Below, piece by piece: positions 27,401 to 36,324 of a stretch of 45,742 nt of DNA (position 1 is the stretch's first letter; the number at the start of each line of letters is the position of its first letter). The notes below the pieces were generated by a model, which did no database searches, had not been told where the DNA came from, and saw nothing but the letters and a program-made list of their open reading frames with translations. Both the position numbers and the translations under genes were made by a program. Origin of the DNA: Planctomycetota bacterium (GTDB taxonomy: Bacteria > Planctomycetota > UBA11346); NCBI GenBank assembly GCA_038231435.1, contig JBBRLJ010000042.1, positions 1-45,742 on the forward strand, read 5' to 3'.

Positions 27401-28510
27401 AACGGCGGCACGTTCGTCGAGGTGCTCGATGCCAACGACCGCATCCTTGCGCGCTTCTGGCACCAGATCACCTTTGGCGGCACCAATCCGCGGACGGTGT
27501 ACGGCAACAACCAGATCATCTATTTCGCCGATGGACTCCCCTCGTTGTCCATCCTCTGGAATCCGAACCCGCTCAAGATCGAGGCGAATGCAGACGGTGT
27601 GACGTTCTCCTACGCCGGGCTGCCTCCGGTAACCACCCCGCTCTACGACAGCGCTGGCGACTGGCGCGCGCCGAAGTCCCTGCGGCTCTATTGCCAGGGC
27701 AGCAAGTACGAACGCGAGATCCACCTGATCTCAATGAATTTCTCAAAAACGACCACCAACGCTCCGCCCGTGGTCGATGCCGGTCCGCAGCGTTCCATCA
27801 CCCTGCCCACTTCCAGCGTGACTCTGGTCGGTTCGGCGGTGGATAGCGATGGCACCGTCTCCAGCTACCTGTGGTCGCAGGTATCCGGCGGACCGGCATC
27901 GATCGCATCCCCAGCGAGCGCGTCAACGTCGGTCACCGGTCTGGCGATCGGCATCCATGTCTTCAGGCTGGCAGCAACGGACAATCGCGGCGCCAGCGGC
28001 AGCGCGACCGTGCAGGTGACGGTCAGCGCGGCGAATGCGGCGCCGGTGGTATCGGTGGGCCCCGCGAAATCGGTCACATTGCCGATCGCGAGCGTGATCC
28101 TGAGCGGATCCGCGACCGATAGCGACGGCACGATCGTCACCTACCGATGGACGCAGGTTTCGGGCCCAGCGGCGACCATCGCTACTCCCACGTCGACAAC
28201 CACCGCGGTCACCGGACTCACGCCGGGAGTGCACCTGTTCCGCCTCACCGCAACCGATGACCATGGCGCGACCGGTGCATCGGACGTGACGGTGACGGTG
28301 AATGCCCAAGGTGCTCCGCTCGTCAGCTCAGATGACTCGGGTGCGACATCGGATGCAGGGGGGACCCGGAGCTGCGGCATCGGATCGGGTGTGGTCGCGC
28401 TCGTGCTGGGTGCATGGGCGATGTGTTTCCGTTTCATCGGCGTCGGCATCGGCCGCTCCGACCGGAGCCGACGGCGTACGCGATCCGCTCCCGGGGGCCC
28501 ACGGCCATGA
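24404..28510 (+). CDS. Large secreted/surface protein: FlgD-like Ig, beta-propeller repeats, PA14-like domain, two PKD-like Ig repeats, C-terminal Cys-Gly/TM/Arg anchor
   Basis: GGAG SD; signal peptide WWFAVALLACATASEA; WDGTDD FlgD-like motif; AVSPDG and FQADGS propeller blades; SARWTGYI...KLWVDG PA14 motifs; 92-aa repeats starting at 27758 and 28034; SCGIGSG-hydrophobic-RRR tail. Confidence 0.8.
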   Translation: MVHSARPMDPCPIPKRTGGMCHAWWFAVALLACATASEAASIPTIPFTLTTPATTSGGIFSKNGKLVKNVWCNEQMSAGSYVKHWDGTDDDFHLVPDGDYDLDIVRSNADYQWEGVIGNTSAESSGPTVHRSFLPMTCMAFAGNKGYYTTAYNEGSTSAYSFLISDPQRKVGVYPYRGGGQNTEFVCTDGETVYWGGDNGGGTYYVVATTVVDRVANPTWENHNEVIFANGVSTIQGYHSAIALSSASIGGLAANHEFIFVSRYSLGQIHVYDKTGLLVQTVAYPQVARLAADNSGHLYVTVGTTVRKHTINANGTLAPASLQIAGFSNAQAVAVSPDGGTVLVADGEPSHVVKAYGATTGNHLWDLGTPGGYSTSPRVTNTKFDLTSSYVAFQADGSFWVGDKTNYRAIHFAADHSYIDYLMWIPSSYLSFVDTNNPSRVFSNHLEFATDYSKPLRPDNGSWYLVRNYAKFIPAGNALQHAMTLSNGRTYGLMTNFAAGRAWKVVELLNDAPPRDCNNIITFGIDSSQLYPDGSMRDIYSFEGVPLQWRTSPLIGFDGAGNPQWGPHVVLASTPPITADDPRISGIGGTLRAGERTSSDVMVVFNAAVPDSNGTDKWHLGGVRVGETDWLFKTARNTYKNYNGFYPTDGSFDIGNQVNAYGGSVALVSGRNIYWGYHGEFWKSGQVNKWQHVLDNGMTIGQFGAYGGSDAPAGMAGNSFSAVVARVNGNDYLFHNDESYHAGVHRWKISNLGSIVETKSNIVLTTTSPGLSRERFSGSGLDNFGLAGRDVSASVSAIPVTGSARWTGYIRPQFSESYNLHVQASGGIKLWVDGTRIINIWPGGPGGEVTGTVRLDAGLGYAVRLESNGGPVTLSWSSPSQAKQVIPTSRLFTGFDPPAPGPAVDLMAMLPFDTSLEADLYGWKRDPAIDSADHNSWVVKNSNEHLQTESPDIRLRFAISENDGPQIHTVTRSLGTNSGLTSWAIEGSLHFQNAFPNEGNGGTFVEVLDANDRILARFWHQITFGGTNPRTVYGNNQIIYFADGLPSLSILWNPNPLKIEANADGVTFSYAGLPPVTTPLYDSAGDWRAPKSLRLYCQGSKYEREIHLISMNFSKTTTNAPPVVDAGPQRSITLPTSSVTLVGSAVDSDGTVSSYLWSQVSGGPASIASPASASTSVTGLAIGIHVFRLAATDNRGASGSATVQVTVSAANAAPVVSVGPAKSVTLPIASVILSGSATDSDGTIVTYRWTQVSGPAATIATPTSTTTAVTGLTPGVHLFRLTATDDHGATGASDVTVTVNAQGAPLVSSDDSGATSDAGGTRSCGIGSGVVALVLGAWAMCFRFIGVGIGRSDRSRRRTRSAPGGPRP

Positions 28511-28570
28511 CGATGGCGGGCCGGCAGGTATCCTCCTTGAGGGACGACGCATCGCGGGCACGCTGGGGGC

Positions 28571-31498
28571 GTGGGTGAATCCGAGGACTGGCGCCGCGCC
28601 CTGATCGCCGAGCACGGAGCCGAGGCCGAGCGCGTGCTCGATCGTCTTGACGCCATCGCCCCGGGCCTTCCCGATGCCCAGCGCGCTTGGGCCGACCTGC
28701 GTCAGTTCATCACCGCATGCGGCGCGGAGGGAGCCTTACGCCGCTTCCGCGACGACATCGCCGCCGTCGAGCTGCTCGCCCGCCTCGGCGGGGCCAGCCG
28801 CTACGGCGTCGAGCTGGCGATCCGCCGTCCGCAGCTGTTCTGGAGCGTCGCTGGCGAGCGGCTCTACCGCCAGGTGTGGGGTCGCCGCACGCTTTCCGAA
28901 CAGCTTGCGCGTGAGATGGCGGCCGTCCCGGCTGGCGAGCGCGTCGAGGCCATGGGTTGGTTCAAGCACCGCCATTCCATGCGGGTCATCCTTGGTGACG
29001 TGATGGGCGAAATGACGTTCGAGGCGGTGGTGCGCGAGCTGTCCGACCTGGTCGATGTCATCGCCCAGGCCGCGCTCGGGCTGGCCATCGCCAAGCTGGC
29101 GCCGCGCGCGCCGACAGGGATCGATGCCACCGCCATCGAGTTCGTGGCCATCGCCATGGGCAAACTCGGCGCGCGCGAGCTGAACTACAGCTCGGACATC
29201 GATCTGGTGTTTGCCTACGACGCGCCCGCCTCGGAGGAGGCGTCCGACCAGCACGAGTGGTTCCAGCGTCTCGGCGCTGAACTCATCCGCCTGCTCGATG
29301 AGCCAGGGGCGACCGGACGGATGTTTCGCGTCGACATGCGCCTGCGGCCAGAGGGGGAGCGTGGCGAGTTGGCGCTGAGTTTCCGCGAGATGGTGGACTA
29401 CTACTACAGCGTCGGCCGCCCCTGGGAGCGCCAGGCGATGATCAAGGCGCGCCCATTGGCCGGCAGCCTGGCGCTGGGCGAACGGCTGATCGCCGAGTTG
29501 GCCCCGTGGGTGTATCCGCAGGATCCGGCGTGGGAGGATCTTGATGACGCGCGCACCATGCGCCGGCGCATCGAGGAGCGCGCGCAGGCCGCCAACGTCA
29601 AGACCGGCGCAGGCGGCATCCGCGACATCGAGTTTCTGGTCCAGTACTTTCAGCTCGTCCATGGTGGGCGGATGCCCGAGCTCCGCCTCGGCGCCACGCT
29701 CCCGACCCTGAGCCTGCTCTCAGACCGCGGCATCCTTCCCAAGCACGACGCGGGCGAACTTGATCGCCACTACCGCTGGCTGCGCATGGTCGAACACCGC
29801 CTGCAGATGTGGGAGGACCGTCAGGAGCACGAGCTGCCAAAGAACGCCGACGAACGCGTGCACCTGGCGCGGCGCTGCGGTTTCTCGGGCGTGCAGGCGC
29901 TCGCGCTCTTCGACGAGCACCACCTGCGCGCGCGCGCGCGGGTGCGCGAGCTGGTCTCCCGACATTTCCTCGCCGTAACCGCCGATTCGGAAGCCCTGCT
30001 CGCGCTGCTGGTGCAGGGCGAAGCGGACTCACGGCTGGCCGGAAAATTGCTCGGAACGTACGGTTTCAAGGATGTGGCCAAGGCCTGTGCGAACGTGCGC
30101 GCCCTGGCGGTCGAACCGTTCTTCGTGCTCAGCCGCAGCCGCACCGAGCGCAAGCTGGTCGAGATCCTGCCGCTGCTCCTGCACCAGATCTCGGGCGCGC
30201 CCGATCCCGATCAGTGCCTGGCGAACTTCGTGCGCATGGTCTCGGCGGTCGGCGGCCGCGCGACCTTCTACGAACTGCTCGGCGACCGCCTGCCGGTGCT
30301 GCGCCTGTTCGTCGATCTGGCGGGCTGGTCGAACTTCCTGGTCTCGCTGTTCCAGGATTTCCCCGGCCTGCCGGACGACGTCATCGATTCCTTGAACCAG
30401 AACCGGCGCAAGGCGCACGCGCTCTTCTCGGAGGCGCGCGCGCTCGCCCAGGGCATCAAGGATCCGGCAGAACCGCTGGCCTGGCTGCTCGCGCGAGAGA
30501 CCGCGGTGACCGCGATCCGCGATCTCGAGGGCCTCGATCCGCGTTTGGTCAGCCAGCACTTGTCGGCCCTCGCTGAAGCGATCCTCGAGACCGTGCTCAC
30601 GCGCATCGTCCAGGACCGCGCGCGGCAGTACGGCATCCCCCAGGAGAATGGCCGGCCGACCCGCTTCGCCGTCCTCGGACTCGGCAAGCTCGGCGCGCGC
30701 GAGCTGTCGTACGCATCGGACATGGACATCGTCTTCGTGTGCGATCCGGGCGGCCTGTGCCCACGCTCGCGATCGGCGGGCGACCAACTGCAGGGCGACG
30801 ACTTCTGGACCAAGGTGGCGCAGGACCTGATGCGGGCGATGACCGATGGCCGCCTGTACGAGCTCGACCCGCGGCTGCGTCCGTACGGCGATCAGGGCGA
30901 GTTGGTGTCCACTACCGCCTCGCTGCGCGTCTATTGGTCGCAGCCGCGCGACCTGTGGGAGCGACTGGCGATGCTGCGCGTCTCGCACCTCGCCGGCGAT
31001 CCCCGCCTGGGCGAGGAGGCTGTCGGCATGATCCTGGAGGCAGCGCTGCTGCAGCCGCTACCAGTGGACGCCGCCGCTCAGGCACGCGACATGCGCCGCC
31101 GTCTCGAAGAGAGCGTCGCTGGTCGCGACCATCTCAAGCGCGGCTGGGGCGGGTACGTCGATCACGAGTTCATCGCCCAGTACTGCAGCCTGGGTCTCGA
31201 AGCGTCGAGCCTGCCGCGGCCGCCAGGAACCGATGCCATCCTCAAACGTCTCGGCGAGCTGGGCCGCATCCCCGAGGAGGCGGCGGTCGAGCTCGCCATG
31301 GGCGTGCGCAGGCTACGCTTCATCGAATCGCGCATGCGCCTCGCCGCAGGCAAGGCGGTGAGCAGCATCCCCACCGAGCGCGGACCGCGCACCGAGCTGG
31401 CCAAGCGGTGCGATTTCCCGAGCATGGAGGCGATGGACGCTGAACTGCACCACCTGCGCGAGAACGCGCGGCGGTGGTTCGATCGTTTGGTGGTGTGA
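28571..31498 (+). CDS. glnE: Glutamine synthetase adenylyltransferase/adenylyl-removing enzyme
   Basis: Two nucleotidyltransferase halves (MGKLGARELNYSSDIDL and LGKLGARELSYASDMDI), DMRLRPEG / DPRLRPYG, WERQA, KTGAGGIRDIEF. Confidence 0.95.
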   Translation: MGESEDWRRALIAEHGAEAERVLDRLDAIAPGLPDAQRAWADLRQFITACGAEGALRRFRDDIAAVELLARLGGASRYGVELAIRRPQLFWSVAGERLYRQVWGRRTLSEQLAREMAAVPAGERVEAMGWFKHRHSMRVILGDVMGEMTFEAVVRELSDLVDVIAQAALGLAIAKLAPRAPTGIDATAIEFVAIAMGKLGARELNYSSDIDLVFAYDAPASEEASDQHEWFQRLGAELIRLLDEPGATGRMFRVDMRLRPEGERGELALSFREMVDYYYSVGRPWERQAMIKARPLAGSLALGERLIAELAPWVYPQDPAWEDLDDARTMRRRIEERAQAANVKTGAGGIRDIEFLVQYFQLVHGGRMPELRLGATLPTLSLLSDRGILPKHDAGELDRHYRWLRMVEHRLQMWEDRQEHELPKNADERVHLARRCGFSGVQALALFDEHHLRARARVRELVSRHFLAVTADSEALLALLVQGEADSRLAGKLLGTYGFKDVAKACANVRALAVEPFFVLSRSRTERKLVEILPLLLHQISGAPDPDQCLANFVRMVSAVGGRATFYELLGDRLPVLRLFVDLAGWSNFLVSLFQDFPGLPDDVIDSLNQNRRKAHALFSEARALAQGIKDPAEPLAWLLARETAVTAIRDLEGLDPRLVSQHLSALAEAILETVLTRIVQDRARQYGIPQENGRPTRFAVLGLGKLGARELSYASDMDIVFVCDPGGLCPRSRSAGDQLQGDDFWTKVAQDLMRAMTDGRLYELDPRLRPYGDQGELVSTTASLRVYWSQPRDLWERLAMLRVSHLAGDPRLGEEAVGMILEAALLQPLPVDAAAQARDMRRRLEESVAGRDHLKRGWGGYVDHEFIAQYCSLGLEASSLPRPPGTDAILKRLGELGRIPEEAAVELAMGVRRLRFIESRMRLAAGKAVSSIPTERGPRTELAKRCDFPSMEAMDAELHHLRENARRWFDRLVV

Positions 31499-31638
31499 AC
31501 GCGGCAGCATCGGGCGATCCAGGAAGGCTGCAGACCGCCTAGGTAGCTCGCCCCGGCTAGGCGGTGGCGAGAGGGCTGGATCCCTCTATAAGTCCCGCCT
31601 TCCGGCCCATTCTTCCGTCCACGCAGCAGGAGCCCGCC

Positions 31639-32661
31639 ATGCCCATCGCTTTCCGCCCGAGCCATCTCGCCGTCCTCGTCCTGTGCGCGCTCGCGATGCC
31701 ATTCGCCGCATCCGCCGCATCTCTCGGCGCGTCCGAGGAGCCCGGTTTCCGCATCGGATTGATCTGCGCCGGCTCCACCTCCGATGGGGGCTGGAATCAG
31801 CTCGCCAAGGACGCACTCGAATCGGTCAAGAAGGAGATGGGCGCGAAGGTCTCGACGGTGCAGAAAGTCAGCTCGGACAAGGCGGGCGACGAGATGCGCG
31901 CCTTCATCGCCGATGGCTACGATATCGTCTTCGCCCACGGCTACGAGTTCCTCAATCCCGCAGCCGAGGTCGCCAAGGCCGGCGGCAAGACCAAGCTGGC
32001 GGTGAGTGGCGCCGACGCCGCCAAGCCTGGCATCGTCACCGTCGACTTCGATCTGTCGCAGGCGTCATATCAGATCGGCATGCTCGCAGCGCGCCTGAGC
32101 GCGAGCGGCAAGCTCGGCTTCATCGGCGGCTCGCGCATCCCCTCGGTCGAAGCCTGCTACCGCGGGTTCCAGGCCGGCGCGCTGAGCGTGCGCAAGGACG
32201 CCTCGGTGGTGTTCACCATCACCAGCTGGGATCAGCCCGAGAAGTCGAAGGCCCAGGCCGAGGCCCTGCTCGGCGACGGCGTCGACGCGATCTACCACGA
32301 TGTCGACGCCGCCAGCCGTGGCATCTTCGAGGCGATCAAGGAACACAACGCCAAGCAACCGGACGCGCCAGCCTGGGTCTTCGGATCATGCGCGGACCAG
32401 AACGGCAATCCGGTCTGTCCGGAAGCAACCCCTGCGAGCGCGGTGATCCGGCTCGACGCCACCTTCCTGCGCATCGCCAAGGCGGTGAAGGCCGGAACCT
32501 TCGCTCCGGGCTTGGTGCGCGAGGACATCGCCGCCGGCACCTGCGTCATCGTGTTCAATCCGAAGCTCATCGGCAAGCCGATCACCCCGGCGATGCAGGC
32601 CGAGATCGAGGCAGCGGGCACGAAGCTGGCGTCTGGCGCGCTCAAAGTCCCGGAGAAGTGA
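31639..32661 (+). CDS. BMP-family ABC transporter substrate-binding protein
   Basis: Signal peptide, DGGWNQ, GYDIVFAHGYEF, GKLGFIGG, GFQAGA; AGGAG SD. Confidence 0.9.
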   Translation: MPIAFRPSHLAVLVLCALAMPFAASAASLGASEEPGFRIGLICAGSTSDGGWNQLAKDALESVKKEMGAKVSTVQKVSSDKAGDEMRAFIADGYDIVFAHGYEFLNPAAEVAKAGGKTKLAVSGADAAKPGIVTVDFDLSQASYQIGMLAARLSASGKLGFIGGSRIPSVEACYRGFQAGALSVRKDASVVFTITSWDQPEKSKAQAEALLGDGVDAIYHDVDAASRGIFEAIKEHNAKQPDAPAWVFGSCADQNGNPVCPEATPASAVIRLDATFLRIAKAVKAGTFAPGLVREDIAAGTCVIVFNPKLIGKPITPAMQAEIEAAGTKLASGALKVPEK

Positions 32662-32746
32662 GCGGAACCACAGGCCTGGCGATGACTCGGTCCGAGCCTC
32701 GGCTGGTGCATCTCGTGATGTTTCGTGTGATGTATCGCATGGAGCC

Positions 32747-34279
32747 ATGCGCCGCATGATCCGCCTCGAAGGCATAGGCAAGTCGTTCGCCAGCGCGCGT
32801 GCGCTCGATGACGTCACCGTCGAGTTCGCGGCATCATCGGTCCATGGCCTGCTGGGCGAGAACGGCGCTGGCAAGAGCACGCTGATGAACGTGCTGTTCG
32901 GACTGCTCCGCGCGGACACGGGCTCGATCGTCATCGATGGCAAACCCGCGCGCATCGCCTCTCCGGCGGATGCGCGCGCCCATGGCATCGGCATGGTCCA
33001 CCAGCATTTCACCCTGGTGCCGACCCTGAGCGTGGTCGACAACCTCGCGCTCGCCGCGCAGGCGGGACTCGGGCAGGTACCGCGCCCGGCGTGGCGGGCG
33101 CGCCTGCGCGCGCTGGCTGAACCGCTCGGCTGGCGCATCGACCCCGATGTCCGCTGCGGCGAGCTGGCGGTGGGCGAGCAGCAGCGTGTCGAGATCGTCA
33201 AGGCCTTGGCGGTCGGCGGCCGCGCGCTGATCCTCGACGAGCCGACCGCGGTGCTGACGCCGAGCGAAGCGCTCGAATTGTTTTCGGCATTGCGCGGCCT
33301 CACCGCGCGCGGCACCGCAGTGGTGTTCATCAGCCACAAACTCGCCGAGGTCGAGGCGATCTGCGACCGCGTCACCATCCTGCGCCGGGGTCGAGTGGTG
33401 CATGCTGGTCCGCTTGCGGGTCTGACTCGCGAACGCATGACCGAGCTGATGGTGGGCGCGCCTGTGGAGACCGTGCGCAAACCGCCCACGCGTCTTGCCG
33501 GAGAGATGGTGGTCGAAGCGAGAGCGCTGACGGTCGCCGGGCGGGGTGTCGAGGCAGCGGTCGGTGACGCTACATTCATGGTCCGCGCTGGTGAAATCGT
33601 CGGCGTCGCCGGAGTCGAGGGCAATGGCCAGCGTGAGCTGGTGCGCGCGTTGCTGGGTCTCGAACGCCCGCGCACCGGAGAACTGATGGTCGCTGGAGCC
33701 GCGCTGCACCGAGGCGAGGTACCGGACCGTGCGCGGCTGGGCATCATACCCGACGATCGTCGCCACGAGGCCCTGGTACTGCCGCTATCGGTGACCCGCA
33801 ACCTGCTGCTGGGAGAGCATCGGCGCAAACCGTTCGCGATCGCCGGCTGGTTGCGCTTCTCGCGCTGGCGCGCGCGCGCGGCCGAGCTGGCCGGGGCGTA
33901 CGACGTACGCGCCGCCTCGCTCGGACAACCAGTCTCATCCCTCTCCGGTGGCAATCAGCAGAAAGTTGTGGTTGCGCGCGAACTGCACGGTGGGCCGCGC
34001 CTGGTGGTCGCGGTGAACCCGACGCGGGGACTGGACATCGGCGCGACCGCCTTCGTCATGTCGAGGCTCGTCCAGGCGCGCGAGCTCGGAGCCGCGGTGC
34101 TGCTGGTCCATAGCGATCTCGACGAACTGCTGGGCATAGCGGATCGGGTGCTGGTGATGTGCGCAGGACGACTGGTGGATAGCGGCTGGCCGGTCGCGGG
34201 TCGCGACGCCGTCGCCCGCTTGATGATGTCGGTGGATGCGTCCACGCATGCCGCGACAGGGGAGCCAGCCCATGGCTGA
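32747..34279 (+). CDS. ABC transporter ATP-binding protein (CUT2/nucleoside type, double NBD)
   Basis: GENGAGKST, GMVHQHF, LDEPT, LSGGNQQK, PTRGLDIG. Start may be 32756. Confidence 0.94.
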   Translation: MRRMIRLEGIGKSFASARALDDVTVEFAASSVHGLLGENGAGKSTLMNVLFGLLRADTGSIVIDGKPARIASPADARAHGIGMVHQHFTLVPTLSVVDNLALAAQAGLGQVPRPAWRARLRALAEPLGWRIDPDVRCGELAVGEQQRVEIVKALAVGGRALILDEPTAVLTPSEALELFSALRGLTARGTAVVFISHKLAEVEAICDRVTILRRGRVVHAGPLAGLTRERMTELMVGAPVETVRKPPTRLAGEMVVEARALTVAGRGVEAAVGDATFMVRAGEIVGVAGVEGNGQRELVRALLGLERPRTGELMVAGAALHRGEVPDRARLGIIPDDRRHEALVLPLSVTRNLLLGEHRRKPFAIAGWLRFSRWRARAAELAGAYDVRAASLGQPVSSLSGGNQQKVVVARELHGGPRLVVAVNPTRGLDIGATAFVMSRLVQARELGAAVLLVHSDLDELLGIADRVLVMCAGRLVDSGWPVAGRDAVARLMMSVDASTHAATGEPAHG

Positions 34280-35363
34280 CCCCGGATCCGTGCTGCCGGT
34301 GACGGTTCCCGCGCCTTCCGCCGAGCAGCGGGGACCAGCGCGTTGGCGGGATCCCGCGGTGGCGCTGCTCGCGGTCGCGGTCGCAGTCGTGCTGCTGCTG
34401 ATCGGCCTGGCGATCGCCGGATACGCTCCGACCGATGTCGCGAGCACCTGGCTCTCTGGCGCGCTCGGTTCCGGAGTCCGCCGTGCATTGAGCCTGCAGG
34501 AGGCGGGACCGCTGCTGATGACCGGCCTCGCGGTCGCGATCGCCTTCCGCGCCGGTGCGCTGAACATCGGCGGCGAGGGACAGTTCCTGCTCGGATCGGT
34601 GGCGATGATCGCCTGCGGCACGGCGTTCAGGATCCCTGGCCCCGCGTGGTTCGCGACCATCGTGGCCCTGACCGCCGGCGCATTGGCGGGCGCGGCCTGG
34701 GCAGGCCTTGCCTGGGCGCTCGAACGGTGGCGTGGTGTGCCGTTGGTGCTGTCCACCATCCTGCTCAATTTCATCGCCGTCTACGCCGTGAGCCTGCTGG
34801 TGCACGGCGTGCTCCAGGATCCGCTCACGGTCGCGCCACAGACCGCGGAGATTCCCGAGGGGATGCGCCTGCCGGTGCTTGCCACCGGGTCCAAGCTCCA
34901 CCTGGGTGTGGCCTTTGCCGCGGCCTTGGCGGTGGCGCTCTGGCTGGTGTTCGAGCGCACGGTGTTCGGCTTCGAGCTCGGCGTGGTGGGGATGAACCCC
35001 AGCGCGGCGCGCCTCGCCGGCATGCCGGTCGCGCGGCGACGGTTCGAGGCGATGCTGCTCAGCGGCGGCGTAGCTGGTCTTGGAGGTGCGTTCCAGCAGG
35101 CGGGCGTCACCTACTACATGAGCGACAGTTCGGCGAGCTACGGCTATGCCGGCGTGGCGGTCGCGCTGCTAGGCCGCCTGCATCCGCTGGGTGTCGCAGC
35201 TGCTGCGGTGTTCTTCGGCATGCTCGATACCGGCTCACGGAATCTGGAACGCGTGATGGATGTCCCGCACGATCTCGGCGATGTCGCCAAGGGGCTGGCG
35301 GTGCTGGCCGTGCTGGTGGCGGCCGCCGTGTTCTTCCGCCAAGCGCGCGTGGAGGCGTCATGA
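34272..35363 (+). CDS. ABC transporter permease (BMP/nucleoside type)
   Basis: RAGALNIGGEGQF, STILLN, GMNPSAARLAG, ALLGRLHP. Confidence 0.92.
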   Translation: MADPGSVLPVTVPAPSAEQRGPARWRDPAVALLAVAVAVVLLLIGLAIAGYAPTDVASTWLSGALGSGVRRALSLQEAGPLLMTGLAVAIAFRAGALNIGGEGQFLLGSVAMIACGTAFRIPGPAWFATIVALTAGALAGAAWAGLAWALERWRGVPLVLSTILLNFIAVYAVSLLVHGVLQDPLTVAPQTAEIPEGMRLPVLATGSKLHLGVAFAAALAVALWLVFERTVFGFELGVVGMNPSAARLAGMPVARRRFEAMLLSGGVAGLGGAFQQAGVTYYMSDSSASYGYAGVAVALLGRLHPLGVAAAAVFFGMLDTGSRNLERVMDVPHDLGDVAKGLAVLAVLVAAAVFFRQARVEAS

Positions 35364-36262
35364 GCGCGGGACTGGCGGGAAATATCGCCCATCAGGCGGT
35401 GATCGCGGCGGTACCGTTGGTGCTCGCCGGGGTCGGTGAACTGGTGGCCGAACGCGCCGGAGTCATCGATGTCGGCATCGAGGGCCTGATGCTCACCGGA
35501 TGCATCACCGCCTATGCCGTCGCGGCCATGACCGGCAGCGGTGTCGCCGGACTCGCCGCTGCCGCCGGCACCTCGGCAGCGCTCGCGGGAATCTTCGCCG
35601 TCGCCACCATCAAGGCCCGAGTCGACCAGATCGTCGCCGGCATGGCCATCAACCTGATCGCCTTCGGCGCCAGCGGCACCGTCTGGCAGGTTCTGCAGAC
35701 GCGCCACGACGGGCTGTACGCCCAGCTGCCGGACTCAGCCGGTTTCCAGCCGCTGCTGTTCGGCCAGTACGGCCTGGCCTACGCGACCGCCGCTCTGGCG
35801 GCTCTGGCCTGGTGGATGCTGCGTGGCACCCGCGCCGGCCTGATCGTGCGCGCCCTCGGCGACGCTCCTGAAGCCTGCGCGGCGTCGGGCATCGGTGTGG
35901 TGCAATGGCGCATCGCGTGCGTGATCGCCGCCGGGGCGTGCGCTGGCGCCGCTGGCGCGTATCTGAGCATCATGCGTGTGCACGCCTTCGAGCCGGGCAT
36001 GACCGGAGGCAGCGGTTTCCTGGTGCTGGCGCTGGTGATCTTCGGGCGTTGGTCGGTTCCCGGCCTGATCGGCGGCTGCCTGTTCTTCGGCATGCTGGTG
36101 AGCGTGCAGCAGCACCTGCAGAGCGCCGGTCAGAACAGTCGCTTCCCCTACCAGCTCTTCCAGGCCCTGCCCTACGTGACCGCGCTGCTGGCGCTGGCGT
36201 TGCTGTCGCGCTCGGCTCCTGGCCCGGCGCGCCTCGGCGAACCGTGGCCGCAACGACGGTAG
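35360..36262 (+). CDS. ABC transporter permease (BMP/nucleoside type), second subunit
   Basis: GELVAERAGVIDVGIEGLML, DQIVAG, GFLVLALVIFGRW, LPYV; ATGA overlap with the first permease. Confidence 0.92.
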   Translation: MSAGLAGNIAHQAVIAAVPLVLAGVGELVAERAGVIDVGIEGLMLTGCITAYAVAAMTGSGVAGLAAAAGTSAALAGIFAVATIKARVDQIVAGMAINLIAFGASGTVWQVLQTRHDGLYAQLPDSAGFQPLLFGQYGLAYATAALAALAWWMLRGTRAGLIVRALGDAPEACAASGIGVVQWRIACVIAAGACAGAAGAYLSIMRVHAFEPGMTGGSGFLVLALVIFGRWSVPGLIGGCLFFGMLVSVQQHLQSAGQNSRFPYQLFQALPYVTALLALALLSRSAPGPARLGEPWPQRR

Positions 36263-36324
36263 CGGAGCCCGCGCCTCGGAGCTCTGGGGGGTGCGCCCGA
36301 GCCGACCCGCCGTACCGTCGCGCC

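Noticed and set aside
34343..36324. Apparent extended ORFs (639-aa permease, 1015-aa glycosidase, and the 537-aa ilvA)
   Set aside because: The extensions are off-frame overlaps with neighbouring genes; true starts are 35360, 36325 and 12599.
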